A stretch of 63,795 nucleotides of DNA, counting the filler, from Octopus bimaculoides (Eukaryota): NCBI RefSeq assembly GCF_001194135.2. It is 4 parts of 4 records of this genome, joined end to end, with 100 filler letters (N's around TTAATTAATTAA, not from the genome) between each part and the next. Parts side by side here need not be neighbours in the genome. Positions count along the whole stretch, not along the records: positions 25,665 to 52,628 come from NC_068984.1; 3 more parts are not named here. One strand, 5' to 3'. Positions within the stretch are counted from its first letter, which is position 1; each line of letters starts with the position of its first letter. The translations under genes were made by a program, and so were the position numbers. Shown here in pieces: positions 35,261 to 49,428 of this stretch. The notes beneath the pieces are model-generated. The model was not told where the DNA came from and searched no databases. It saw only the letters and a program-made list of their open reading frames with translations.

Positions 35261-37739
35261 CCATATATTTTTCTATTAGCTTTCAATGCAGCCATTTTTA
35301 GAGAAGCAACAATGCCAGATGGATCAATATTATTAAATTCACATATGTTTACCTCGACTGCATTGCAATATATAACATCACATATATTCTGATTTAGTGT
35401 GATATAACCAACACCTATATTATTACGTTATATTTTTCTACAAGCCACAATGATTTGCTGAGACAAGCTCTATGAATATATGATTTAATTTTCATGTTCT
35501 GTATTCAATAATTAATATTGCAGAATTGCAGTCATAATCTTAGCTCACTACTTTTCCGTTAGCATAGCAGACGTAAGGTGATACAATATTCGCATATTGA
35601 AATATCAAACAAACTCTCGATTTGTAAACCAGCCAAGATTCAGTTTTGCTTAATTTGGCTGATATGTTATATATCACACACATTCATATTCGTGTACACA
35701 CATACACAAACACCAGCACATAAGCATACACACAGACAGGCACACATATACATAGACGGCGAAAAGATTTGGGCGTTGGATTCACAAGAGTAAGCTTGTG
35801 CGTTCGATTTTCTCGTCTATCTCGATGTGAAGTTGGGAATTTTATTCCATGTTGCTTCCATCTGCTCAGCTATAAAGGGATGCCAGAAGCATCTGGGGGT
35901 TATATTTATATCAGAATGGCAGCGAACGAAGAGTCTTAAGAAAATATTTCTCGTGGATTGATGGAAGGTACTGCAGTAAGTGACCACAAGAACTAGATGT
36001 ATTTCATGCGATGGGATAACTTGCAGGTATCCAGATGATAGCTTTCAGGATTTGCAGGCGTGGAATAGAATTGAGACTGCTCATACAGAAAGGCAAGTTC
36101 ATTTAGACACACACCCCACCACCACAACGGTTTGCTGAAGGCTATAGAGCGGTGAGCTGGCACAAACGTTAACACACCAGGCGAAATGCTTAGCAGCATT
36201 TCGTTTGTCTTTACGTTCTGAGTTCAAATTCCGCCAAGGTTGACTTTGCCTTTCATCCTTTCGGGGTCGATAAATTAAGTACCCCTTGCGTACTGGGGTC
36301 GATGTAATCGACTGACCCCCCCCCTCCCTTTGCGCCTAGAGTAGAAAAAATTCGTTGAAGACTATCTACTTTGAATGTCGTGCTGCAATGTAACTTCATG
36401 GGAAACACTTGATCAACTTCGTGTCGATGTTTTAGCTTATCAGTTACATGCTTGGTGGCGAAATTCTTTCTAGGAATTTTATCACTAATCCATTTGTAAT
36501 TCTAACCAGCTCTGAAAGCGATGTTTAATAGATTATCCAACAATGGACTAAAATATAAACTAGAGGACGAAGTTAAATTCTATTCAGTAGTCTAGTCGCT
36601 TATTTTACATTCTGCGTTCAATTCTCGGCTGGTTAAATATCAATTTTCTTTTTATCACTCCGTGTCTGATAAATGCATTACCCGTAACTAGGTCGACTTA
36701 GCTGAATAAACTTCAATTCTAAAATGGTGGTATTGTATCTCTATTTAAAATTAGTTCACGCAAATATAATAGTACAAGTGATCACAAGAAGAAATAGATT
36801 CGTAAAATAAGTTGCAAGGCTGTTTCATCTTTTCAACAAAAACATTCCATTTGACTTGCTCCACTTAATGCTATTGGGAATGGCATATTTATTATAATGT
36901 CTTGTTTCGTATGTTTTTCCTTTACTACATGCAGGCGCCTTTGTGACTAGTTAATCGAATCTCGTATTCATGCACATCATAAACGTACTCACGAAATCTT
37001 CCTAATCGGAGAGGAAGGTTAAATATATGTTCAACCGTGCAATGAATGATTGATTGATTGAGCTGTCAATAAAAATATTCAATTTTAATGGTGAACAAGA
37101 AATAATAAACCGTCTGAGTCTCCTTTTTGTTCGATAGAAAATTATTGGATCGATTTAAAAGCAAGATTGATATTATTGAGTTATTGGAAAGGAAACTGTA
37201 GTACACAAAATTGATTGTCACGAATCTCATACAAAAATTATCACTGGCTTTTCGAGAGATTTCGTTGAGAGCTTTCAGAGATGATTTATCATAATTAAGA
37301 CTGGATTTTTTTAAATATTTATATTTAACGTATTTTATATAATAATATTCATATTTCAAATTTCTTTCTTATTTTGTTGCTGTTTTCTGTTTTACATTTA
37401 AAATGTTCATTTAGAATTTTCAGATTATATTGAATATATTTTATAGAGTAAATATGAAATATAATGATGAGACTGATGATGGTGTTACCGCTATGGAAAC
37501 AAACGATGTTCCTGATAATGTTCATGGTGGTAGAGATAATAATAATAATAGAGATAATAATAATAATAATGGTTTCAAATTTTGTCAGAAGACCAGTAAT
37601 TTCGGGATAGGGATAAGTCGATTACATCGACCACAGTATGCAACTGGTACTTATTTGACCGAACCTGAAAGTTGATCTCGGCGAAATTTGAATTCAGAAC
37701 CCCCAGACGGATGAAAGTTTGCTAAGCATTTTACCCGGC

Positions 37740-37740
<1 letters not shown>

Positions 37741-37808
<68 letters not shown>
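37741..37808. repeat. (AAT)n microsatellite
   Basis: Direct reading. Confidence 0.95.
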
Positions 37809-37809
<1 letters not shown>

Positions 37810-38043
37810 GCAGTAGTACCAATAATAGTCGGAGCTCTGAGAATAGTGAGCAAAAAATCTCGAAAAGTATGTGGAACAAATAGGGGTTGCAATAAGGGTG
37901 GTGAACTTGCAGAAAACATCATTGCTTGGAACCGATCGAATATTCAGGAAGGTGCTCGAAAACTAAGAGGTGTTACATTAGTTCACTAGTAGTGAACAGC
38001 TGACACCGTAGTGCATCTCCAGCGTTAGAAGCTGTGCAAAGGC

Positions 38044-38175
38044 AAGAAGAAGAAGAAGAAGAAGAAGAAGAAGAAGAAGAAGAAGAAGAAGAAGAAGAAG
38101 AAGAAGAAGAAGAAGAAGAAGAAGAAGAAGAAGAAGAAGAAGAAGAAGAAGAAGAAGAAGAAGAAGAAGAAGAAG
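38044..38175. repeat. (AAG)n microsatellite (~44 units)
   Basis: Direct reading. Confidence 0.95.
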
Positions 38176-39046
38176 ATATTCCTGGAAGCTACATGTAGGC
38201 AGATTACTCAGACGCGCTCATTCAGGTCCTGTTAGAATCTATCTTTTCGTTTTGAGTTAAGATTCTGCCGAGGTCGACTTTGCCTTTCATCGTTTAGGGG
38301 TCGATAAATTAAGTACCAGTTGCGTACTGGTGTCGCTCTAATCCACTGGTCTCCTCCGCCAAAATTCCGGACCTTGTATCTGCAATGAAAAGAACAATTA
38401 TCCAGAGATGAATTTTAAAATGAGAATATCTTAAATAAACTCGACTTCTCTCACAAACGAGAATACTAAAAATGAACCCCACTGCTCTCAAAAATTAAGT
38501 AAAAAAAAATAATCCAGAATCCTTTCTGCTACCTTATCGATCCCAATGGTAGTCACGGAATGTGAAGGTAGCTGTAGAAAATTAACTAACAGTAATGCAT
38601 CGGATAAGAGCGAAAAACAATGTTACTTTCAGAGTGAGATGTAATTTAAGTTTTCACTGCAGTATAGCAATATTGGGTCCTAGATCTTGCTGTATTTCAT
38701 AAATATACCTTGCAATAATAATGCAATAATATTACAAGAAATATAATATTAGCAGCAGCAACAATATCAAAACTAATATTAATAACAGGAAGGTGAACAT
38801 ACCATACATGGTACACTAGAAACTTCCATTATATAAATTAGATGTTTTTACACAATACCCTGTCAAATCTTACTGTACACCAGTTACACAATTTCTGCAC
38901 TATACCATCAATTCTATGTCGCTTCTGAAAATGTTCATGGGCAAGCAATGATGATCGCAGGTATGGGGAATAATGTTGTTTTTATGAATATAATTGTTAT
39001 ATTGCCTTCCAATATCCCTATTTTCACTATCAGAACCATAGTTTCT

Positions 39047-39281
39047 TATTTCTTTACTGCCCACAAAGGGCTACACACAGAGGGGACACACAAGGACAGA
39101 CAGACGGATTAAGTCGCTTATATCGTCCCCAGTGCGTGACTGGTACTCATTTAATCGACCCCGAAAGGATGAAAGGCAAAGTCGACCTCGGCGGAATTTG
39201 AACTCAGAACGGAGCGGCAGACGAAATACTGCTAAGCATTTCGTCCGGCGTGCTAATGTTTCTGCTAGCTCACCGCCTTAA
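39047..39281 (-). mobile_element. Monomeric family A1 SINE with 13-bp TSD
   Basis: Full head, core and GGGCAGTAAAGAAATA tail on the minus strand. AACCATAGTTTCT at 39034-39046 and 39282-39294. Confidence 0.88.
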
Positions 39282-40149
39282 AACCATAGTTTCTATCTAA
39301 TAATCGGGGTAGAATGGAATACCCTAAATTTTTTATAGATTCCCCCGAGATTGGTGCGAGGGAGGGACGCAGTTATGTACAAACTGGAAACGTGGCCTGA
39401 ATGTCTTCAAACTGAGTCGGTTCTGCTCTACTGTAAAACATACAACGTACCACGTGGATGTATTAAAACAATCAATAGATTAAATCTACTATGTTGTAGA
39501 CTGTGACGGGAATGAAACGCAGGACGCAAAAATCTGGAACAAATACCGTAAGATTTGCGGTCCGGCGTTCTTAGAGTTCACACTCCCATTACATTAAATT
39601 CATACTTTCTCTCTCTCACACACACCAGCCGTCACAAAAAAATATTTGTAGTTTAAATAGAATAAAACAAATATGGTGTGACTTTCTATTTGACGCTCTT
39701 ACGATTCAAATGATATCAACATCATCATAAAACGTGGCTAATAACAACACCCTTTTATATTCACTGGTTTCCCTTTTAAAACCGTCGACAACAAACTGAC
39801 AGCAGCATTTCATTTTCATTATAGAGTTTCTCTCTGCTTCTTTATCATTCTGATTTATTCAAATATAACTGGATTTTATATAATCGAGACTTCCAGGTTG
39901 ATACTGAAAACTGAGACCGACAAAGATGCTAGTCATTTCTGTAAAGAAAAATAACGACTGTCCAATTCCTTTTATTATTTCCTTCGTGTGTTGAACTCTT
40001 AATCAAGTGTATAGTTTTCATGTTCATTTACATCCTGATGGTGCCATGACGAAATTGATTCTGTAAACAATAAAGTGTGGGGCGTTCTCTGCCGAAATTG
40101 AAATTTAATCGAATGTGTATTGCACAGGAAAAAGCTGAAAAGCAATTTG

Positions 40150-41400
40150 AGGAGTAAGAGTCTCATGGACTGGAGATATATTGGCAAGTAAAGAAATCCT
40201 GTCCCAAAGAACAGAGCGATAAAAATGTCTTTAAAACGTGGAATTATTTGAGCGAAAGGAAAGTTAATAGCAGCAACTTTGACAAAAAATATCAGGAACA
40301 TCATTATATGTGATTATTGTTATTTGCGCAACTATTAACAATTTTTGTAGCGTTGGTGGCACCAAGAGGTACAGCATGTGTTTGAGGCATAATCATAGTA
40401 TCGACAATAGAAGAAATAAGAGGAGCCTTGTAATATATTTATGGTAATTATATATAAAATTGTACCAACGATTGTTTTATAAATGGCAATACACATTGGA
40501 AACTCACAAGAATTACAGAGAAGAGATTCCGTAGAATTAAACAGAATCTGTAAACAATGACTACTGTAATAAGAATGAAACACTATTGAAAATGCTGCCG
40601 TAAAGGGAGGCCTTCTGAGGAAGTTAATGCGATCAATGAAGGGATATCGTATGAAATAGTATACAGGTTCTCTTCTGATTCAATAATGTCACGCACTGAA
40701 TAGCTTTCTGCTCTTCTTGGATATTAAAACGCCAAACCAAAACAATAAAGATACGGGCCAACGGATATTATTTCGATTTACAACTTGAGAGATTTATAAC
40801 CTGGACGATTTACAACCTGGATTTGCTGCAGCTAGATAATACCCAGCATTGGAAAATTACAGTCGTATAAAACGCCTGTGTGAAAAGCTGAAGGACGCAA
40901 TTAGCTTTGCATATTTTCGTCATTCGCTGGTTGATTTGTAAGACTAAACATTGTTAGTAATTATTTTTCTTTAAAATATTTATAGAAGAAAATGAAGAAT
41001 GTATTTCCTCCAGAAGCAGATATAAAAATGTCCTTTTGATAAATGCAACATGTAGAAATGACGGAACGAGGTGAAAATGAAACAAAATTAAATGCAAAGA
41101 AGCCAAATAGTAAATGTACACAAGCTAAAATATCAACATTGAATCGGAGAAAATCGAGATAGGTTTCGACAACACAAATTGTTTATAAAATAACAAAACC
41201 ATAAACAGAGGTAAGTGTTACTAAAGACATGGAAACAGTCACGGGGAATATTAAACGTGATTGAGGGAGATTTTCGTTAAAAAACATATTGATTAAGATA
41301 CGGAAATTGCGTCGTAAACGTAATATAAGCAATGAATATTTAGAGACGTTCGACAATAAATTTACTAGGTAAAACCTTTTGTTTGAAGCGGAACCTGATT
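40150..41400 (+). pseudogene. Possible very decayed RT region of the downstream R4/Dong-like LINE
   Basis: Only faint motif remnants (ILSQ-EQ, NY..FCSV approximating DYKKAFDSV, HWK, GIL), upstream of and co-oriented with 42780-43710. Confidence 0.25.
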
Positions 41401-42779
41401 GTTGAGGTAATAAAACACTCTAGTGACACATTGATTGTTATAAATATTGAAGTATAAAGGAAGAAGCAATAGAAATTGCATACAGAATTATTACCGATTA
41501 AACTATTGCCGAAACATATATTTCTTTATTGCCCACAGAGGATTAAACATAGAGAGGACAAATAAGGACAGACAAAGGGATTAGGTTATATCGACATCAG
41601 TGCGCAACTGGTATTTATTTAATCGATCCCGAAAGGGTGAACGGCAAAGTCAACCTCGGCGGAATTTGAACTCAGAACGTATCGGCAGACGAAATACTGC
41701 TAAGCATTTCACCAGGGGTGCTAACGATTCTGCCAGCTCGCCGGCAGAAAATAAAGCAGACAAACGAATTATAAGCACTTTGAGAACAGAATTATGTAAA
41801 AGTTCTAAATATTAGATACTCTCTGTGATATAAAATCTGGTCTGTTGACTGAGCCATGTGTTTGTTGAGATACGTTCAAGAAATTCAAATATATTATTTT
41901 CTAATCTAGACACAAGTCCCAAAAATTTGGGGGAGGGAGGCCAGTCGATTAGATCGCCCGCAGTATGTAACTGGTACTTAATTTATCAACCCCGAAAGGA
42001 TGAAATGCAAATTCAACTTCGGCGGAATTTGAATTCAGAAGGTTACGGCACGAAATACCGATCAGCATTTCGCCCAGTGTGCTAACGTTTTTGCCAGCTC
42101 GCCACCTCTAAATTGAAATATATTGAATCAATTTACAATATTTTTCAAAAGAAATATGTGAAGAGACTGAAAATATCATAGTAATGAGTTATGTCCTTGG
42201 AGTTATAGGTTTCGTCGATGTGACAACGGACAGGGGTGATGTGGATTGTTTGCATTCTGTCCAGAATATTTGTCGAGATAAGATCTGTAGCCAGTGGTAC
42301 CACAGGTATGGGATCAATGACTGCTTCATTGGAGTATGTTGTTGTCAAATGCTCATTATCCTATAAACTACTATTGATTAATATTATATCTAAAAGAAAT
42401 TTTACTTACCTTAACTCGTAATTTAAAAAAAAATATATATTTTTTGATTTCTAAGACGAATAAAAACGGTTACACGGTCTTCAAAGAGTAACCGAGTTCT
42501 CAACGTTCTCTTTAACGCAATTTCGATCCATTCCAGTATCCATGGCCACTAATTTAGAGGTGACATATCTATTGCATCCACTCCGGTATTTGACCAGTGG
42601 TTTATTTCATCTATCCAAAAAGGATGAACGGCAAAGTTGATCTCGACGGAATTTGAACCCCAGATGGAATAAGTAGGAACAAATACCCGCAAATCATTTT
42701 TCCTGAATACCAACTTTCTGATAGCTCGCCACTTTAATCCATATACTATAGTAACTTAAATGCGTGGTTGGTTAAGTGA

Positions 42780-43710
42780 ATCATAGAATCTTGTGAAAGG
42801 AAATATATAGAGCCTATTGCTGATTACGGAGCAAGAAAGGTGCGTAAACCTTGGAACAGGAGGAGATGATGAGTAATAATTTGGCGAGGTTTGCTCAGCG
42901 ACAGAAAGGTGTTACTCTTCAGGGTCGAAACACCCTAAGATGGTTGGATAGCGTCTGATGACATAAGTTTTCCCTGACAAAAACTCTACCTTTTTAAGTG
43001 GTAAAGAAAAAGCTTGTAGTTGTTACTAATAACAAAGGGCACAATAGTTGTCAAATGTATCGAACTTCAGATAGTTAAACTTGGAAATTAAATTGTGTTC
43101 AGGGCGTAGCAGTAGCAATAACGGATGATCAGAGCTACATAAATCGAGTAAAGAAAAATAGCCTTCTTCAAGATGGCAAATGTATGATGTGTAGAAACAG
43201 AGACATGGCTATTATCTATTACCGAAAGAATATGCAAAAGACGCCCTGTGAGATTAGAAGAGACAATTGATTGGATGCAGAATGAAATACATTGAAAAAT
43301 TTAAGATGTATGACGTGAAAGCAAATGAGAAATGGGTTGAACATCAACTGAAAGAATGTAAAATTACTAAAGTAAAATCTTGTGGGAATTTTCAATTTAA
43401 ACAGACTAATCTATCGAAGTGGACAGAGCTGATTTAATACTGATTGATCGGAAAAAGAATATATGCAAGTTAATTGATTTTACCTAAACGAAAAGGCAAA
43501 TACCCATATGTACTAGTATTTAGCTGGGGAGTTACAAACATTATGGAACATCAAAGTGTCTCAATTATCTTTTGTCATAGAGGCGCTGGGAGTTAATACT
43601 AAAATTGATGGAGAAAGACTTGAAAATAAATATCAGTTGAAGTATTATAATGTATGTAGTCAAAGTATCCTCGATAGACTTGTTGAAATTTAAGGAGTCC
43701 TCTAAAACAA
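42780..43710 (+). mobile_element. 3' relic of R4/Dong-like non-LTR retrotransposon (CCHC knuckle + restriction-like endonuclease)
   Basis: Fragments AITDDQSY, KCMMC (43178-43192), KRR..IDW, KWVEH, KILW, IEVDRADLILIDRKKNICKLIDF (from 43413), LQTLWNIKV, VIEALG in canonical order; followed by a GAT-rich tract. Confidence 0.72.
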
Positions 43711-45110
43711 AGCTTCCTTAGAATGAAGATGATGATGACGATGATGTTGATGTTCATGGTGGTGGTGAGAGTGGTAGTTGTGATGGTGATGTTAGAGCTG
43801 GTGGTGTAACGATGGCGATGTTACGTAGCCAAGATGCACTACGTACACCTAGTCAGCTAATTTCAGCTTCAAGGAAATAGTCTCTCTTGTACTACTCATA
43901 CAAACATTTACACTGCTTAGAAAACGAAAATATGAAAACGTTGAAAGACTACGAGATAGCAAATCAGAAAACTCACGTAAAAATTATGATATTGCACTTA
44001 TTAATTATCAGCAGAGACATGCCTAATGATTATAAGGATGCGCAGATGTTGCAATAAGATAACAAATTACGATCTTTTCTTTTTTTTTGCATGAATTCAA
44101 AGCACTCTTACAATCATGGAATTTGTCTTCTTTTCTTGCTGTAACTAGTAAAGCTGCAACGATACGTACACAATGTGTTATTATATCGACCGAATGAATA
44201 ACAAAATAGACATAAGTATGTTCTAAATCATGGTAAAACGATAGTGTATGAACGTTGTCAATAAAAGGGGAGGATCCTTCTAAGTGTTGTCCGTGGAGGC
44301 GAGGCAGTGATGTTCTACTCTTTCTTTCCTTTTTTCTTTTTAAATTTATGAATTCGTTGTCTAGAAAATCTCTATTTGGGTTGTGGGTGTTGACTCAGCT
44401 CAACGTTACTTAAAGTTTCAACTACATATGCACAGATACACACATAGACTTCTTCTACACCAGCTTCCCCACAAGTACATACGCCTACGCTCGTACATCT
44501 CATCCAATACAGAAGCATATCTTTCACTTTTACACGCATGCATGCACACACATATGCACACAGGTCCATTTACCTAATGCATCGCCTAACAAAACAACGT
44601 GGCAATCTGACACGCATATACAAATAGTCGTAACACACAAACATTTCCCTATTGTTTTTGGTCTTATACATTGTGCGAATCAGAACGTATAACACCAAAA
44701 TGAAGATGTAAATGTTCTCAATCGTTTTTATTTGAACGATTTACTCACCATTTTTTTTATCTATTCCGCCTCCCACGTAATTTAGATGCAGTCCAGTTAC
44801 TTCCGTTCCTGATACTGAATTGACAGCGTCCTAACATCCACCTGCACAACCACACTTACATCTTTTAAGCACTTCCTTCCCTTTGCTGTACGCTCTTCTC
44901 TAAAAACTTTTCTCTTGCTTCGTCAGTCATTTTCCATTGATTCTGTAGCATAAAAGAACAGTTTTCAGACGTTCTCAGGACTTTTGATTTATTCTTCAAA
45001 TTTAATTACCTTTTGGAATATTCGGAATTTAAGCATCCCGAACTTTCTCAGGGCCAGACTTCTTTAATTAGTATTCAGGACTTGGTAGACGGAAACCGAA
45101 AAAGCCCGTC

Positions 45111-45141
<31 letters not shown>

Positions 45142-46589
45142 AGTGAGTGTGTGTGTGTACGCATGTGTGTCTTTGTATCTGTACCTGTCCCCATAAGCGC
45201 TTGGCAACCGGTGTTGTTTTTAATCGGTAACAGAGTGGTTCGTCAAAGGCGATCGCTAAATAATTACCAGGCTTAAACTATAGGTACTGGGAGTGATTCA
45301 TTCGACAATCATTCTTCAATGCGGTGCCCCAGCATGGCTACAGCCGACTGGTTGAAACAAAAGATAAAGGATAAAAAACCTCTCTCTCACTTTCTATCAC
45401 TTTCTCTTTCACCTCTTTCTCTCTGTCTTTCTCGTTCCCTCTTATTCTCTGTGTTCTCTTTCTCAATATCTTCCCTTTCATTTTCATCAAAATATCCACT
45501 CACGTATCACTTATGACTATCCATTCTGTATCCTCATCATTTCCTTCCACAGAATCCCGATTACCTTCAAAGATTACATTAATATATCACCGCATTCTTA
45601 CTTAATATCCATCACGACCACCTCCAGACAATACCCTGAACGCACTACATCATAATCCTATCAAACAATTTTGAAATGATAAAGTACAGAGCTTAGAGCA
45701 ACATCTCAAACGACGCTGTTTCATATTCCAATAGCTACCAATAGACAACTACATGAACATCAATCGTAACTACAACAACACCAACAACGCTAATATGTTT
45801 ACGAGCAAGCTTCTATGGAGACACACGACTAGCTAGATCTGTCAGGTAAACCAACTCAAACCACACGCTATCTTCTTAAATAAGGACACTTCAAATTAAG
45901 TAATGTAATTCTACATGACACTAAAATGACGAGGTGATTGTGGTATGTTTAACATGGATCTTAGATGTAATCTCTCATGGATAACCTGAGCCAAATAACA
46001 AACTCCATCGTCAGTAATAGTAATGATATATAATTCAAAAGAAGAACAACAGCACAAAAGCAATCATATCATAAACTTCAGCAGCGAGAACGCCAACGAA
46101 AGCAGTAATAAAATTGACTAATCGAAAGTGAAAACAAACATAACAGGAACTATTGATGTCATACGTAAGCGAGTATGACTTTGTAATATGATACATGCTG
46201 CCGTTAATTTTTTCACGTGCCATCACAATTCAAAACATCTTTATGCTCCTCTTCTAGCGGAGCATTACGGTTGTGACTGCTGGGTCAGAATCAATTGCAG
46301 CTGAATAGACAAGATAACGAAATATAGTCAAGACCAAAATGCGTCGGCCTATTCAAGAGAAAAAGACACTGCATTCCGAAGAGAAAGCCAACAGTCTAAA
46401 TATCAGGATATATGCCTTCCAAACTTGAAGCGTATTATATAAGTACATTTATAATCATTGTTTCTAACGTGGACAGAGCGTCAAACGGTTTTGTGGACCT
46501 CGTTGATTAAATTACCTATGCATGTAAGTTTGCCTATTACATACGTTACATGTCATAGCACCAGGCTTTCGGTATCTATAAAATATAGA

Positions 46590-46770
46590 ATAATAACCAC
46601 AACGATAAAGTATTATTCAACCCTTACAGCGAAGATGGCAACAAGTCGAGTTGAGTACATGGTCAAAAATGCCTCTGCAAGGTACCGATTTCCTCGATAC
46701 GAGAAGAATGAACAGCGATATTGACACCGTTGATGCTGGAATAACAAACCTAATAATTCGAAACTAGACA
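46590..46770 (+). pseudogene. Possible Penelope RT-EN linker relic
   Basis: LFNPYS then (frameshift) ATSRVEYMVKNASARYRFP, loosely like WFNPPYS...KHFP. Confidence 0.28.
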
Positions 46771-48565
46771 CAGCAAGTATTACTGAATATCCCATTCTAA
46801 CGATTTAATAATCCTATAAATAAAATGAAGATTTGGTTTGGTATTTTCAACAATGAGTAACCATCTTATGGATCAAATGAGCCAGCTGTACTGATTAAAC
46901 AAACGTTTAAGTGGTTGAATATTCCATTGCTCTTAATGTAATTATCAGATATCACCAATTCGACATGCCGTAATTAAGCTGAATATGTGAATTACATGAG
47001 AATCTGTCTAAGCGGCAAGTATACAGTTTCATTCACAAACCGTGGCTCAACCGAAGCTAAACAAAGTTACGTGTGCCGAGGACGCCAGGCGGTGAGATCT
47101 AACCCGAGACTTCACAATTGCGAAATGTGAGTCTTAAACACTCAGCCATACTGTGTCGACAAATTCATTATTGGAAATTCTGGCATAAATACATATGTTG
47201 CTATGTCGTTCGTTTAATCAAGGCCCCTATTTTATTTATAATTATTCTTATCACACTTAGAGTATGAGAGATGCAATTGACTCCAACGGGATTTGAACTC
47301 GAAGACTAATAAGATAAAATATGAATATTACAAGTCACATTGTCCACTGAAATAAAATCATGGATTCTCGCCAGAACCAATTTATTTCTCCTCTACAGCA
47401 CATGCCATAGTGAATCTCATAACGTAGATTTATTATTTTTGGCACAGATATTAGTTCGAAATGGTTGACATATTTCACTTGCAAAGCCGTCTTCAAATAC
47501 TAATATTAAAAAGAAAATATGTTTTGATTGCATGTGATGGAACTGTAGTAGGGTCTCGCTGAGCATAGAAATTGAAAAGTCAGTTATGGTCGATGTCATA
47601 ACTTTAGTATTATAATGTAAATACTATTCCAAGTCCAGAGACTTGTCGAACAAGTAATAAAGAGACAAGTGTAGATCCTTACGTACAGAGTGTGTAAAGA
47701 ACTAAAATAAATAATAACAATAATTAGGCGTACAAATCAGCAGCCATCTGCCATCTTCAAACGTAAGTAATATCTTATAAGGGGAATATACAGAAAGGTG
47801 TAATAGCTAAATTAAAACGAAGGTAGTATAAACGAAAATCTTATAGTCAGGATTGATTCTGTTAGCGAATGTAATCATTCACTTGCATTAGATATTGCTC
47901 AGATACGTTCATATTTAAGACAGGCGGCTTTTGAAATCCCATGGAATTGATTCCGCTATACTCCTATAAGGCTATCCCTTTAACTCCCTATCAATTCATA
48001 TTCACAGTCCTATTTGTTTATTTATATAAGCATAGCAGCTATTATCATATAAATTTTTATTGATTTTAATTTGCAATATACAAAATCGTTCAATTAGATT
48101 AAAATTCTATGGTTCATAAAATTTCCCATTATTAATTTTCTAGATCATTACATATTTATTAAAACACTTTTTTCTTCTTTTAAATATGACTTCAATCAAA
48201 ATTTTCTGCTTCCTTTTAAAGGAGAAGAGAGGATTTAGGAAAAACTGTAATAGAGTAAAGCAAATAAAATGACAAATATACTTGAGTATGTATGTGTATT
48301 TATGTCTATATGGAGGTCTGTGTGCGTGTGAGTGTGTGTGTGTGTATGCATGTCTGTGTGCGTATGTCAATCTACAAGCAATTACTTTTGTTGATAGCAA
48401 AAGTGTTTTGCGCATCGTTATCTCTATCATTCGCCGTATCTCTTAATATACTTTACCATATATATATATATATATATATATATACGCATGTGCGTGTGTA
48501 TGTATGTGTGCATGTGTGAGTAATGCAGCTTTTGTGTGCGCATCTGTGAACATAAATATATACGG

Positions 48566-48639
<74 letters not shown>

Positions 48640-49217
48640 ACGTATATATATGTATATACATGCATGTGTGTATGTATGTACTCATGTTTGAGCGAAGCGG
48701 CCTTTGTGTGCGCATCCGTAAACATAAAAATTTCCACAAAAATGCACGGGATATGTAATTGTCTGTGTTGTGTATGCGTTTTTCATTCAAAAAGGCTTCA
48801 ATAGCTCAATGCATGAATGCGAATAACTCCAATGAGTGAAAAAAAAAAATAATTTCCTCTTTATTGAGAAATCACAAAATGAAATGATAATTGATTAACT
48901 ATTTATATTTATCACCATTTATGATATATATATTTACACTGAAGGCAATCGCAGCGTGGTTTATGAACATACATTTCCTTCAATAATACCGATGCACATC
49001 ATCAGTCAATGAACGGAGGACGACGTTTTTACCAATATGCAAATACTGAAGCATATACGCACGTGTTTAATGTTATAGTGCGCATATGTCTACACACAGA
49101 TACAGGGGCAAACATAGACACACCAACATGCACACACACACACACACACTTGTATTAGACCGATTCTTTACACAAATATATATGAATATATATATATATA
49201 TGTATGTGTATATGTGT

Positions 49218-49265
<48 letters not shown>

Positions 49266-49397
49266 GTTTCTTTGTGTGTATATATATACATACAGATAGA
49301 CCGATCGATCGATAGATAGATAGGTAGATAGATAGATAGTTAGATAGATAGACGTATTGATTGATTTACAGATGTGTAGAAAGACCGATATGTGTTA

Positions 49398-49428
<31 letters not shown>

